Positions 15,773 to 24,017 of a stretch of DNA of 24,017 nucleotides are shown one piece after another. The number at the start of each line of letters is the position of its first letter. The stretch's first letter is position 1. The notes below the pieces were generated by a model. That model worked only from the letters and a program-made list of their open reading frames with translations. It was not told the origin of the DNA and did no database searches. The stretch spans positions 1 through 24,017 of the IMG/VR virus record IMGVR_UViG_3300039208_000042; one strand, 5' to 3'. This DNA is from a virus (taxonomy: Duplodnaviria; Caudoviricetes). The translations under genes and the position numbers were made by a program.

Positions 15773-16933
15773 TTATCCTTTATTCAATAGTTGATCAGCT
15801 AAACTTTCTACTTGTTCGTCTGTTAGATTTTGACCTCGTGCAGCTGCTCTTTGTCGTATTTTTGCTCTAGTGTCGTCTCTACTCATACCATCAGTAGACG
15901 CAGAAGTAGTGTCTTTATCATCGGCCTTTCTAATTTCATCAAATACTATTTGTTTAAATCTAGAGTCATCTACATTTAATCCCTGTTCTATGAATTCCTG
16001 TCTTACCCTATTGGCAATTGTCATATTTCTCATAGTTATATTCAGAGCGGTCTTAAATTGAGTTGGTGTCATGGATAAGTTCGGATAGCCTTCTTGTAAG
16101 GTAGCTCGCTCTGAATCTGATACTTGACCACCTGATATACTCTTTACATATTGAGCAAAGTTATTAATCAAGGTGGTGTTCATTTTTTGAGCTCTTTCTA
16201 CTCTTTCCTGACTACCTAATAAATCTACATTAAATAAATCTGCAAGCTTTGATGTTGATGTTTTAACCCTACCTACTGCAGATAAAAGATCATTAATCTC
16301 TTCATCATTTTCATTAATGGTCTGTAACTCAGCCATAGATTTAGTTGTTTCAATATTTTGCTCTTGTAACTTTTTAACAGCTCCTTTTTCTAGCTGATTC
16401 TCGTTACCTATAGCTCCTACCTGCTTAGCCTGTTTAATTTGCTCAGATCTCAGTCCAGCCAGCTTACCTTGCAATTCTGTTAGTGCATTTATCTCCTCAA
16501 ATGATAGATTTACCTTATTATCGGAGGATTTTAGCAAATCATTTATATCGGATTCACTTCTACCTATAGCTCTAAAGAAATCCGCTATGTTATCATTGTT
16601 AAACTCAGGAATGCCTTGTTCATTTAAGAATGGTTTTAATACTTCTTCTCTGTCATCTCTAGCTAATAGGCTATCTACAGACATACTACTTTGATCTTCA
16701 AATTCTTGTGCAACTGCCTGTAAATCAGCAGGGCTGTTTACTGCAACACCTAAAGCCTCTAAATATTCCGGATCATATTGCTCTGGAGCTCCCGGTAAAT
16801 TCTGCTGTAATGCAGGTTTTAGCTCCTGATACTTTTGTTCTCTGGTTTCCTCGGGCTCTAGAATTATTTCCTGAGCTACACCACGTACAGCATTGATTTG
16901 ATTGCTGATGTCCTCATTAAGCTCTATAGCCAT
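15773..16933 (-). CDS. Putative internal virion / DNA ejection protein
   Basis: Helical Q/E-rich protein with SISGGQVSDSERATL (GxxSDxE motif common in ejection proteins); synteny. Confidence 0.6.
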   Translation of the reverse strand: MAIELNEDISNQINAVRGVAQEIILEPEETREQKYQELKPALQQNLPGAPEQYDPEYLEALGVAVNSPADLQAVAQEFEDQSSMSVDSLLARDDREEVLKPFLNEQGIPEFNNDNIADFFRAIGRSESDINDLLKSSDNKVNLSFEEINALTELQGKLAGLRSEQIKQAKQVGAIGNENQLEKGAVKKLQEQNIETTKSMAELQTINENDEEINDLLSAVGRVKTSTSKLADLFNVDLLGSQERVERAQKMNTTLINNFAQYVKSISGGQVSDSERATLQEGYPNLSMTPTQFKTALNITMRNMTIANRVRQEFIEQGLNVDDSRFKQIVFDEIRKADDKDTTSASTDGMSRDDTRAKIRQRAAARGQNLTDEQVESLADQLLNKG

Positions 16934-17472
16934 TATTTAGCTCCTCCTGCGTCTCTACTGCTATTAGTAATTGCTTGTCCTGTAGGGCCCGTTTCACTTG
17001 CGGCCCTGCCTTTAGGCACAAATCGAACTGGTTGTTCTCTTCCCGGCACAATATTTCCTGTAGGCGTAACATTAGCAAACAAGTCTCTAGCAATCGCTGT
17101 AGCATGTTTACCAAATCGACTACCTTGTTTTTTATCAATTAAAGATAGCTGCTTTTGGTAATCTTTTATATTGCCTCTACGTGCTGCAACAGCCATCTTT
17201 CTAGCAATCTCTAATTGGGCGGCCTCAGCCCGAGGTATAAGCCGAGTCCCTTTACGAACTAGATCAGATGTTTCACTGGGACCGCTAGAAGCACCTCCAC
17301 CTCCAGCACGGCCTACCGCTTTCGCGCCTAGTTCTTTCCCAAAAAACCTTAATAATTGACCTTCTCTCTGAGCACGAATTTGTTGCTGCGCTAATATAGA
17401 CTGATTAGGGTCTACAAATTGTGTCTGTTGAGTTGGTGATGATAATTGTCTTAATAAACCAAAGTTTGCCAT
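16933..17472 (-). CDS. Putative internal virion protein
   Basis: Basic, low-complexity ORF with AGGA RBS, stop overlapping the next start, located between ejection-type genes. Confidence 0.5.
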   Translation of the reverse strand: MANFGLLRQLSSPTQQTQFVDPNQSILAQQQIRAQREGQLLRFFGKELGAKAVGRAGGGGASSGPSETSDLVRKGTRLIPRAEAAQLEIARKMAVAARRGNIKDYQKQLSLIDKKQGSRFGKHATAIARDLFANVTPTGNIVPGREQPVRFVPKGRAASETGPTGQAITNSSRDAGGAK

Positions 17473-17491
17473 AAAGCGTTCCTATTATAAA

Positions 17492-18229
17492 TTAAAGATC
17501 GATACCAGATACACCAGATTCTTGTAGTCTGCGTCTTGTGTTCTCATCTGCAAATAATCTTAAAGTAGATCCTTGCTGAGCTCGTGTTTGTGCTCGGGCT
17601 TGTCCAGCAGCTAGACTGGCATCGGCAAGGTCAGAGGATAGTTGAGAACGCAACCCTGCTAATTGAGTGCCAAGTCCAGCTCTTAAAGAGGCCTCTTGTT
17701 GAAATGCTGGCGTCCCGAGCGAAATTAAACCTAATAATCTGCTGCTAACATTTTGTGCTTCTTGCGCAGCAAGTTGTTGTCCTTCTTCTTGTAATTCTTG
17801 TAAGGCCCTACCACCTTGAATTCCAGCAGCATTTAATCCTGTTCTGGCCGCTTGAATACCTTGTTCAAATCTAAATTTGAATCCTGGGCCACTTCTAAGC
17901 TCTTCTAAAGCCTCTTCTGCGCTCTCTCCACCTAGTCTATTAAGTCGAGAAAAACGTGCTAATGCGCCCCTAGTAGCGTCTGTGATAGGACGTAAGGCTT
18001 CTGTTGCCTGTCCTACTTCACCCCTTAATACATCTCTACTTTCCCTAAAACCCTGTCTTAATTGTCTCTGCGCGCCTCGTATGCCCTGTAACTGGGCCCG
18101 TAAGGCACCTCGACTGGCTTCAGGGGTTACAGTAGACTGTGCTCCAAATATATTAAATGGTTGTCTATTTGACTTAGGCCCTAATACAGTATTAATATTT
18201 TGACCTAATTGTTCTGCTAAAGATGCCAT
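17492..18229 (-). CDS. Putative DNA transfer/pilot protein (P22 gp7-like)
   Basis: LRSGPGFKFRFEQG resembles the PGYQFRLxQG motif of podoviral pilot proteins; A/Q/G-rich helices; first gene after the tail genes. Confidence 0.65.
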   Translation of the reverse strand: MASLAEQLGQNINTVLGPKSNRQPFNIFGAQSTVTPEASRGALRAQLQGIRGAQRQLRQGFRESRDVLRGEVGQATEALRPITDATRGALARFSRLNRLGGESAEEALEELRSGPGFKFRFEQGIQAARTGLNAAGIQGGRALQELQEEGQQLAAQEAQNVSSRLLGLISLGTPAFQQEASLRAGLGTQLAGLRSQLSSDLADASLAAGQARAQTRAQQGSTLRLFADENTRRRLQESGVSGIDL

Positions 18230-18241
18230 GTACTATATCCT

Positions 18242-19054
18242 TTATAAAAATATTGCTTTAGTTAAAAAAATTGTGGGCTGCATGTTTGTGTGAGCTTCTG
18301 TCGCATTGCCCTCTGTAGAATTATCTACTGTAATTCCGGTAGTATTGCTGTCAATGGTGGCTGCTGTTGATCCACTAGTTCCTTGTATAGTACTTGTAGC
18401 TCTGGTAGTTCCAGCAGATGTTGCAGTCCTTGCTCGTAAAGTATCTGTTCCTCCACCACTTACATCTCTTGTTCTGTTATAATATGATCCGGCTCCATGA
18501 GTATGGGCGGGGCTAGTGTGGGTATGGCCAGAATCAGTTATATCGTGACTATGTTCACTAGTTCCTGATTGTGCGCCGGTTAAAGTAACATCTTCAACTC
18601 CTGTACTATACCCTAAATCTCTTTGAGTAAGTCCAGTTCCTGTACCAGTACCTCCAATAACTTGCCCACCTAAATTTGGAAGGGCTATTGTCTTATTATT
18701 ATTAAAGTCTGATACTGCAGAAGTTCCTCTTCCTCCTCCTGATACAGCGTTTTCTGACTCACTAAAATCTTCCCACAGCACTATATATAAATCTAATGTG
18801 TCTGCATTAGCTCTTGCAGTGGCTCCTGAATTAACATTTCCAATAGTCTTTCCATCACACTTTAATGCTCCGGTAGGTATTCTAGAATCTCCACCATAAA
18901 TATCAATAATCTCCCCAGCAACTCTTCTAGTACCTCTTATACCGCCAACATTGATATATAAATCATTTAACCATCGAGCCCACACATCTTGCATGGAATC
19001 TTTGATAGATTCATAAAACGCAGTAGTAATCGGTGGGGCTCTAAAATCTGCCAT
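18242..19054 (-). CDS. Tail collar-domain protein (needle/short fibre)
   Basis: GEII...IPTGALKCDG...LPNLGG collar motifs, HxH repeats (HSH, HTH, HTH) and a C-terminal AHTNMQPT. Confidence 0.8.
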   Translation of the reverse strand: MADFRAPPITTAFYESIKDSMQDVWARWLNDLYINVGGIRGTRRVAGEIIDIYGGDSRIPTGALKCDGKTIGNVNSGATARANADTLDLYIVLWEDFSESENAVSGGGRGTSAVSDFNNNKTIALPNLGGQVIGGTGTGTGLTQRDLGYSTGVEDVTLTGAQSGTSEHSHDITDSGHTHTSPAHTHGAGSYYNRTRDVSGGGTDTLRARTATSAGTTRATSTIQGTSGSTAATIDSNTTGITVDNSTEGNATEAHTNMQPTIFLTKAIFL

Positions 19055-20481
19055 TAAATTTCCCTGTCGTCTGATTCTATATCAGCAAAAGCTCCTAAGA
19101 TAATCCACTTGATTGGATCAGTCATAGTAACTTTAAATACTGGAGATCTGGACATTCCTAGCCTAGACCAATGAACTCTTCTAAAATATTCTCCGGTTGC
19201 TCCCGCACTTCTCCATATCTCATCACCAAATGTATGTCCCCCATTATAAGAGACTTGCAACATCATCTGCGGATCACTTCCTTGTCCACTTAGTAATCCT
19301 TGACCAGACTCAATATCTATTCGCATATTATAAATACTTAGGTTCTCGTTGTTAAAATGGACCGGTGCCGTAGTAATAACTCTGGTGATAGTGGTGCCAT
19401 TATCTGTGTAAGTTGTAGTTGACAATTCATAGATATTTCCACTATCCCAATCTCCAACAAGATTTTTGCCATATACAAACATATGGTTATTAGATATATG
19501 CCTGCCTTGAGCACTTCTAGTTAATGACTGCCATTGATGCCACAGCCCTGTTCTAGTATTATATGCCCAGGTTACATTAGCAGAAGGGAAAGATAATACA
19601 TAAAATTCTTCTCCTTCTAAACTATAAACATAACCAAAAGCATCATCTATTGTGTCATATGTGCTTATTTGATATGATATTGCTCGTGTTGATATTATCT
19701 GAGATTCAAAATTTCTAACACGAACTACAATGTTTTCTCCGCCACCATCTTGTGCTAACCAAAATAAAGAAGATTGGTTACTTGCTACAGAAAACTTAGC
19801 GGAGCACCCGACTTGTAATACAGCGTCATTAATTCTATTAAAAGGGAAATCAGCATTGCCGCTGTTAAAATATGGCTCAGTAGTCTTACTGCCAAATACA
19901 TAAAGCTTATCCCTGAATGATTTAACAGTTACTATATTATCTGATTCAAATTCTGCCGTTTCAAAATCTAGGGCTGACCATGTAAGGCCATCATTTAAAG
20001 CAGATATAAAGAAATTCTGAGTATTAGGGTCCCCCACAATAAAGTACCCATCTTGCTGGGTAACGCTATCAACGTTAGATGGAAAATCTGCATCTGTTAT
20101 CTGAGTAAATGCAGCACTAGATATATTGTATATCCACCCATCTTGCCCATCTACTATCATTATTTCTGTCGCAGTAGAGTCTATAGAAATCCTGCCAGCA
20201 CTAGTGTTTAGTGTTCCTAATGACGAAGCTGTTCCAGCAGAATTTATACTGTAAAATTGATTATCAATCACAGCATATGCTACACTGTTATTCTCATGAA
20301 GAGCCCTTACACTACTTGCAGTATTAGATGAAAATGTTGATAGTCCTGGCGTATTATAGGCCACAACAGGATGTTTACCTTGGCCTTCTTCAGGAACTAA
20401 ATACATATTAATAAGTTTCTGAGCATTTTGATCTACAGATTTAGTTTGGTTTGAAGGTCCTAAAAACTGTAATTCTGCCAT
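19054..20481 (-). CDS. Packaged DNA stabilisation / tail hub protein (P22 gp10-like)
   Basis: 475 aa, beta-propeller-like: LINMY, DGYFIV, FETAEFESD, FYVLSFP...TWAY, QMMLQVSYNGGHTF, GEYFRRVHWSRLG. Confidence 0.85.
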   Translation of the reverse strand: MAELQFLGPSNQTKSVDQNAQKLINMYLVPEEGQGKHPVVAYNTPGLSTFSSNTASSVRALHENNSVAYAVIDNQFYSINSAGTASSLGTLNTSAGRISIDSTATEIMIVDGQDGWIYNISSAAFTQITDADFPSNVDSVTQQDGYFIVGDPNTQNFFISALNDGLTWSALDFETAEFESDNIVTVKSFRDKLYVFGSKTTEPYFNSGNADFPFNRINDAVLQVGCSAKFSVASNQSSLFWLAQDGGGENIVVRVRNFESQIISTRAISYQISTYDTIDDAFGYVYSLEGEEFYVLSFPSANVTWAYNTRTGLWHQWQSLTRSAQGRHISNNHMFVYGKNLVGDWDSGNIYELSTTTYTDNGTTITRVITTAPVHFNNENLSIYNMRIDIESGQGLLSGQGSDPQMMLQVSYNGGHTFGDEIWRSAGATGEYFRRVHWSRLGMSRSPVFKVTMTDPIKWIILGAFADIESDDREI

Positions 20482-21425
20482 TACCGGTATCCTCCAGGAC
20501 CAACAGGAGCAACCATAAGATTAGCGTGGTCTTGATCCCATTCTAATAAATCTTGCTTCATTTGTTCAGCTAAACCAATAACCTCTTGTATTTTACGAGT
20601 CTTATTGAACTTAGGGGCAATTCGAACTGCAAGATTGTAGATCAATGCTTCCATCCACTCTTGAGGAATGTCGGGATTATCCGCAGCAGAATCAAAATCT
20701 TCTAGATCTCTTCTATATGTAATTTTAAGCCTGTTTGTAACTACAGTAGATACTGCCCATACATATAACTCTCCAGAATCCCTTTGTGGGTCATAAAAAT
20801 ATTGGGAAGGTAAACCTCCAGCATTCTTATCAGCAATTCGATAATAATCCTGCTTTCCTAGTCTTTCTAGTTCAATATCTGTCCCAGATTTATTTCTAAC
20901 TCTTACATGAATTACATCTAAAGGTCTATTTAATTTAGTAGTGTATGTATATACAGTGTTTCCGCTAGCGGCTGCGGCTGTTAATGAGGCTGTGACAGTA
21001 ATTTGTGTAGAACTGTCTACAGACACAATAGTTGTCCACTGTCTAGTTCCATCATCTAATTCTATTCCAACATTATCAGCTGCAGTCATGCCTGTAGTAT
21101 CTGTAATACTTAATACAGTTTGGCCTAGTGCCTCGTCGGCAGACAATGTAGTCTCTACAACAGTATCAGAGGCATGATCCCCAGTAGAACTTAATGTATA
21201 AGATTCACTAGTAGTGTCTAAGAATACTGTAGCTTCCTGTTCAGACCAAAGATGTATTCCTTGTGCCTGCCAGGCCTTAATCAAATTATTAAGAGATCGA
21301 TTGCAAGACTCTAAGTCTGCATTTGATAGATCTTGGCTGATTCCCATGACACCAATAAGATCAAGGGCTTCTCGTATAATCTCGTCTCTATTTAATGTAA
21401 AATCCGTGCTTCCTGATGTAGCCAA
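20481..21425 (-). CDS. Head-to-tail adaptor (P22 gp4 / tail tubular protein A-like) with an internal beta-rich insertion
   Basis: MATSGSTDF...IIREALDLIG...RSLNNLIKAW, GLPSQYFYD and DIPQEWMEALIYNLAVRIAP. Directly upstream of the gp10-like gene. Confidence 0.8.
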   Translation of the reverse strand: MATSGSTDFTLNRDEIIREALDLIGVMGISQDLSNADLESCNRSLNNLIKAWQAQGIHLWSEQEATVFLDTTSESYTLSSTGDHASDTVVETTLSADEALGQTVLSITDTTGMTAADNVGIELDDGTRQWTTIVSVDSSTQITVTASLTAAAASGNTVYTYTTKLNRPLDVIHVRVRNKSGTDIELERLGKQDYYRIADKNAGGLPSQYFYDPQRDSGELYVWAVSTVVTNRLKITYRRDLEDFDSAADNPDIPQEWMEALIYNLAVRIAPKFNKTRKIQEVIGLAEQMKQDLLEWDQDHANLMVAPVGPGGYR

Positions 21426-21437
21426 TGTCTATTCTCC

Positions 21438-21704
21438 TTACAGCTCATCTCTCACTAGAGATTTAACCTCAGTAAATGTTTCTTCCGGCCGTGTTTGCAT
21501 TTTATCAGCTGCAGGCTTCATTTCATTAGGATATTGAGGTCTTTTTAATGTATCTTCTGGTCTTGGGTCTACCCAGTCCTTATGAACTCTTTGTCCATCC
21601 CACTGTATTACAGTATCACTTAGCTTAACTCTTCTTAATGATACTGGGCACCAGTGCCAAGGATCTTCTGGAGTAGAATTACCTTTTACAACAATATGTT
21701 TCAT
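21438..21704 (-). CDS. Small conserved phage protein upstream of the adaptor
   Basis: WCPVSLRRVKLSDTVIQWDGQRVHKDWVDPRP...RPE pattern; in-operon position. Confidence 0.55.
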   Translation of the reverse strand: MKHIVVKGNSTPEDPWHWCPVSLRRVKLSDTVIQWDGQRVHKDWVDPRPEDTLKRPQYPNEMKPAADKMQTRPEETFTEVKSLVRDEL

Positions 21705-21705
21705 A

Positions 21706-22089
21706 TTAATCCCACTGTATGTGTTGTAATTTATCTATATCTGCTTCATCAATTACTAATTGAATTTTATTTTTGCACTTATCTCTGCACTGAGTAATTG
21801 CCTGATTAACCTGTGAAGTTTCTTCTTTTGTTAATCGACCGGCAGACGCATTTAATTGTTTATAGATAGGGGCATTTTTTAAAATTTCTTTTTCACACCT
21901 TTCTTTTAATTCTTTAACTTTTAAAGCTTTTTCACAATCAATATTTCGTGTGTCCGAGGACTCAATTAAATTTCCATTTGAATCAAAAAGCTCATATCTC
22001 TTACCTCTATAATTAGATAAATCTACTTTAGGCAATTCTATACTTTTCTTTTCATGATTTTCTTTAGATAAAAAATTTAACATATTCAT
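21706..22089 (-). CDS. Hypothetical protein, possible tail fibre assembly chaperone
   Basis: Helical C-terminus (CEKEILKNAPIYKQLNA...KLQHIQWD) directly downstream of a fibre-like gene. Function inferred. Confidence 0.5.
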   Translation of the reverse strand: MNMLNFLSKENHEKKSIELPKVDLSNYRGKRYELFDSNGNLIESSDTRNIDCEKALKVKELKERCEKEILKNAPIYKQLNASAGRLTKEETSQVNQAITQCRDKCKNKIQLVIDEADIDKLQHIQWD

Positions 22090-22091
22090 TA

Positions 22092-23030
22092 CTATACCTT
22101 TCTTAAATATATTCCAGCAGTTTTAAAATTACCATTTTGGGTTGTTGCGGTCATTCCTACAGGAAATGGGTCTGGCAGTGCTCCAAATGTATGACTTGCT
22201 GAATAATAATGAACAAAATCGGCGGTTGCATTTGAGCCCTCTAACCCAGTGCACCCATTACCAGTCATATTAGGATATGCCCTAAAATTCCCGCTACCAT
22301 CCTCAGTAGCTAATGCTAGCCAATAAAACCCAGGAGCTATAGTTTCAGAAATAGTTAATTCTTTAAATCCAGTTGAGTCGGCAGCTACTGTGCCAAAATC
22401 TGTAACTAAGCTACCGGGTTTACCATTGCTATCATTATATAGCCCTAGTCTGTACTCAGTAGATGCAGCTGAAGCAATCACTACCTCTATCCCAATTCTA
22501 GTCCACGTTGTTTCTTCATTAAATACATATGCAGGAAATCCAAATATAGTATTAGCTACGCAAGCAATATTATTATTAGCAGAAACAGTTGTCCATAAAG
22601 TAGGAGCATAATAATTATTGGACACTACTCCAATCTCAACAGTACTTCCGCCTGCAGCAGCGGCTTCTAAAGAAATTAATCCACCGGTATTATCATAAGT
22701 TAATACATAGTTATCTTGTCCTGCACCTACTGTTTGATCAGCATCGAGCGTGTAGTTACCTATAGCTATATTGCCTGTACCTTTAGCAGATATGTTTAAA
22801 TCAATGTTGGTGTCATCACCAGCAGCTGATATAATAGGACCTGAGCCTGTGGCCTCGTTTTCAATATTTACATGATTAACAGCAGAGCCATCTTCTGTAA
22901 ACGTAACTAATTCTCTAGTGCCGTCTCCAATAGCATTGCCGTTAACATCTAGCTGTCCGCCCAATTGTGGGCTTGTATCTTCCACGACTTCGGATATTCC
23001 GCTGCCGCCGGTTCCTCCAGTTAAAGCCAT
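22092..23030 (-). CDS. Fibre-like virion structural protein
   Basis: EDTSPQLGGQLDVNG motif, a 39-aa module shared with the 11294-12694 fibre, and a beta-sandwich-like C-terminus (RLGLYNDSNGKPGSLV, PGFYWLA). Confidence 0.7.
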   Translation of the reverse strand: MALTGGTGGSGISEVVEDTSPQLGGQLDVNGNAIGDGTRELVTFTEDGSAVNHVNIENEATGSGPIISAAGDDTNIDLNISAKGTGNIAIGNYTLDADQTVGAGQDNYVLTYDNTGGLISLEAAAAGGSTVEIGVVSNNYYAPTLWTTVSANNNIACVANTIFGFPAYVFNEETTWTRIGIEVVIASAASTEYRLGLYNDSNGKPGSLVTDFGTVAADSTGFKELTISETIAPGFYWLALATEDGSGNFRAYPNMTGNGCTGLEGSNATADFVHYYSASHTFGALPDPFPVGMTATTQNGNFKTAGIYLRKV

Positions 23031-23032
23031 AA

Positions 23033-23674
23033 TTAAGATCCTTTATAGTTTTCGTTAATAAGATTAAAATCCACACTAGCTCCTGCTGTGTATGAATTAT
23101 ATTTTAATCGTAAACATGTAGGCAAATATTCAACATTACTGTTTGCGTCAGCAGTTATTGCAGCTAGGACGCTATGATCTTGCCAATTTAATTCCCCTTG
23201 AGTGGTTTCATCATCCAGTGAAAACTCTACATCAACATTAGCAGTGCCTGTTACAGTAAGACCAATAGCTATAGATGCTACGCCCTTTCTATCTGTAATA
23301 TATCGATGTGTGACGCATTCATCTACTGGTCCTGCTTCTACTGCGTTTCCAACAGCACCGTCTGTAGCAATCTGAGTGATAGTATAAAAATAATTTGTAG
23401 ATTCTACAGTTGTGGCGTTAGGACCGGTTACCGCTTCTGTTAAAGCATGTCCTTCTCTATTAGTTCCAGTTATAGTAAAGGTTCTATCTGATTCATCTCC
23501 GGCAGATTCAAAACTTATTTGATGTGCCATGTCATCAGAAGATGTCCAAACACCATCGGTAACGCCTGCACCGTCTAGAGTAAAATTACCAGCTCCTACA
23601 GTTGTTTGGTCCTCAAATACCCCATTTGGATCTGGAGTAAGAGGAGTTGTTGTTAAGTGATAATCACGTGCCAT
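23033..23674 (-). CDS. Putative virion structural protein
   Basis: Acidic, Thr/Gly/Ala-rich beta protein (SAGDESDRTFTITGT...EAVTGPNATTVESTNYF); AGGAG RBS. Confidence 0.65.
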   Translation of the reverse strand: MARDYHLTTTPLTPDPNGVFEDQTTVGAGNFTLDGAGVTDGVWTSSDDMAHQISFESAGDESDRTFTITGTNREGHALTEAVTGPNATTVESTNYFYTITQIATDGAVGNAVEAGPVDECVTHRYITDRKGVASIAIGLTVTGTANVDVEFSLDDETTQGELNWQDHSVLAAITADANSNVEYLPTCLRLKYNSYTAGASVDFNLINENYKGS

Positions 23675-23688
23675 CTATTTTTCTCCTT

Positions 23689-23919
23689 TTAAATGTTTTC
23701 TATTTGTGGTTTTGAATTATCAAACCCATATGCAATTACATCAAATAAGTCCGGATCTGTGCAATCATCCCGAATTCTCATTATCAATCGTTGTGATGAA
23801 GCCGCAGCTAATTTTATTCCCCACTTAAATCCGAATAGTTGTCTTAAATCTAAATTATGTATATCTTCTGAAGTTACAGTTTGTTCAATTGTTCTTACGT
23901 TTTTGTAATAGTCGTGCAT
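23689..23919 (-). CDS. Hypothetical protein
   Basis: Same strand as the structural operon and ends just before the next RBS; weak RBS and uncertain start. Confidence 0.4.
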   Translation of the reverse strand: MHDYYKNVRTIEQTVTSEDIHNLDLRQLFGFKWGIKLAAASSQRLIMRIRDDCTDPDLFDVIAYGFDNSKPQIENI

Positions 23920-24017
23920 ACCATCTCTTTATTCTAATCAATAAAGGCAACTTACGTCTAAATAAACAGTTGCTTTCTAGTTTACTTGGTGTATCTACCG
24001 GTCTTTTATCCATAATA

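Noticed and set aside
12108-23908. Plus-strand ORFs in the structural arm (e.g. 12108-12347, 13179-13487, 13702-14142, 15148-15642, 17877-18203, 21214-21537, 23693-23908) and the nested - ORF 16917-17138
   Set aside because: They are antisense or alternate-frame shadows of longer genes, with the Ser/Pro/Ala-rich composition expected from reverse-complemented codons.
23894-24013. 39-aa - strand ORF MDKRPVDTPSK... at the right edge
   Set aside because: Short, upstream context is cut off by the window edge, and no motif supports it.
1-24017. Stop-codon reassignment, tRNA or rRNA genes
   Set aside because: Genes are full length and tightly packed under the standard code with TAA, TAG and TGA all used as stops; no cloverleaf or rRNA-like segment was seen in the limited non-coding space.

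Overview
This window is part of a tailed dsDNA phage genome (podovirus-like), with two convergent gene arms that meet at overlapping stop codons at 11294-11297. The + arm (1-11297) is a replication and nucleotide-metabolism operon. It holds the C-terminus of a family A DNA polymerase, DUF6899-like, DUF1937/nucleoside deoxyribosyltransferase-like and dATP/dGTP diphosphohydrolase-like genes, a probable SSB, a T7 gp6-like 5'-3' exonuclease, an HNH endonuclease, a PD-(D/E)XK resolvase and a DEDD exonuclease. A complete bacterial-type PrkA/YeaG - YeaH - SpoVR/YcgB triad (1471-6945) sits inside this operon with no intergenic gaps, and its SpoVR gene carries a 295-aa LAGLIDADG-type intein (4840-5724). 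This triad is the most notable system here. The - arm (11294-23919) is a P22-like virion module: gp4-like adaptor, gp10-like hub, a collar/needle protein, four putative ejection proteins and two tail fibre-like proteins. An M15 peptidase endolysin lies within it, flanked on both sides by spacers dense with different operator-like palindromes and repeats, and by an unannotated 30-aa membrane peptide. No rRNA, tRNA or CRISPR array was recognised. All family assignments come from motif recognition by eye; no searches were run.
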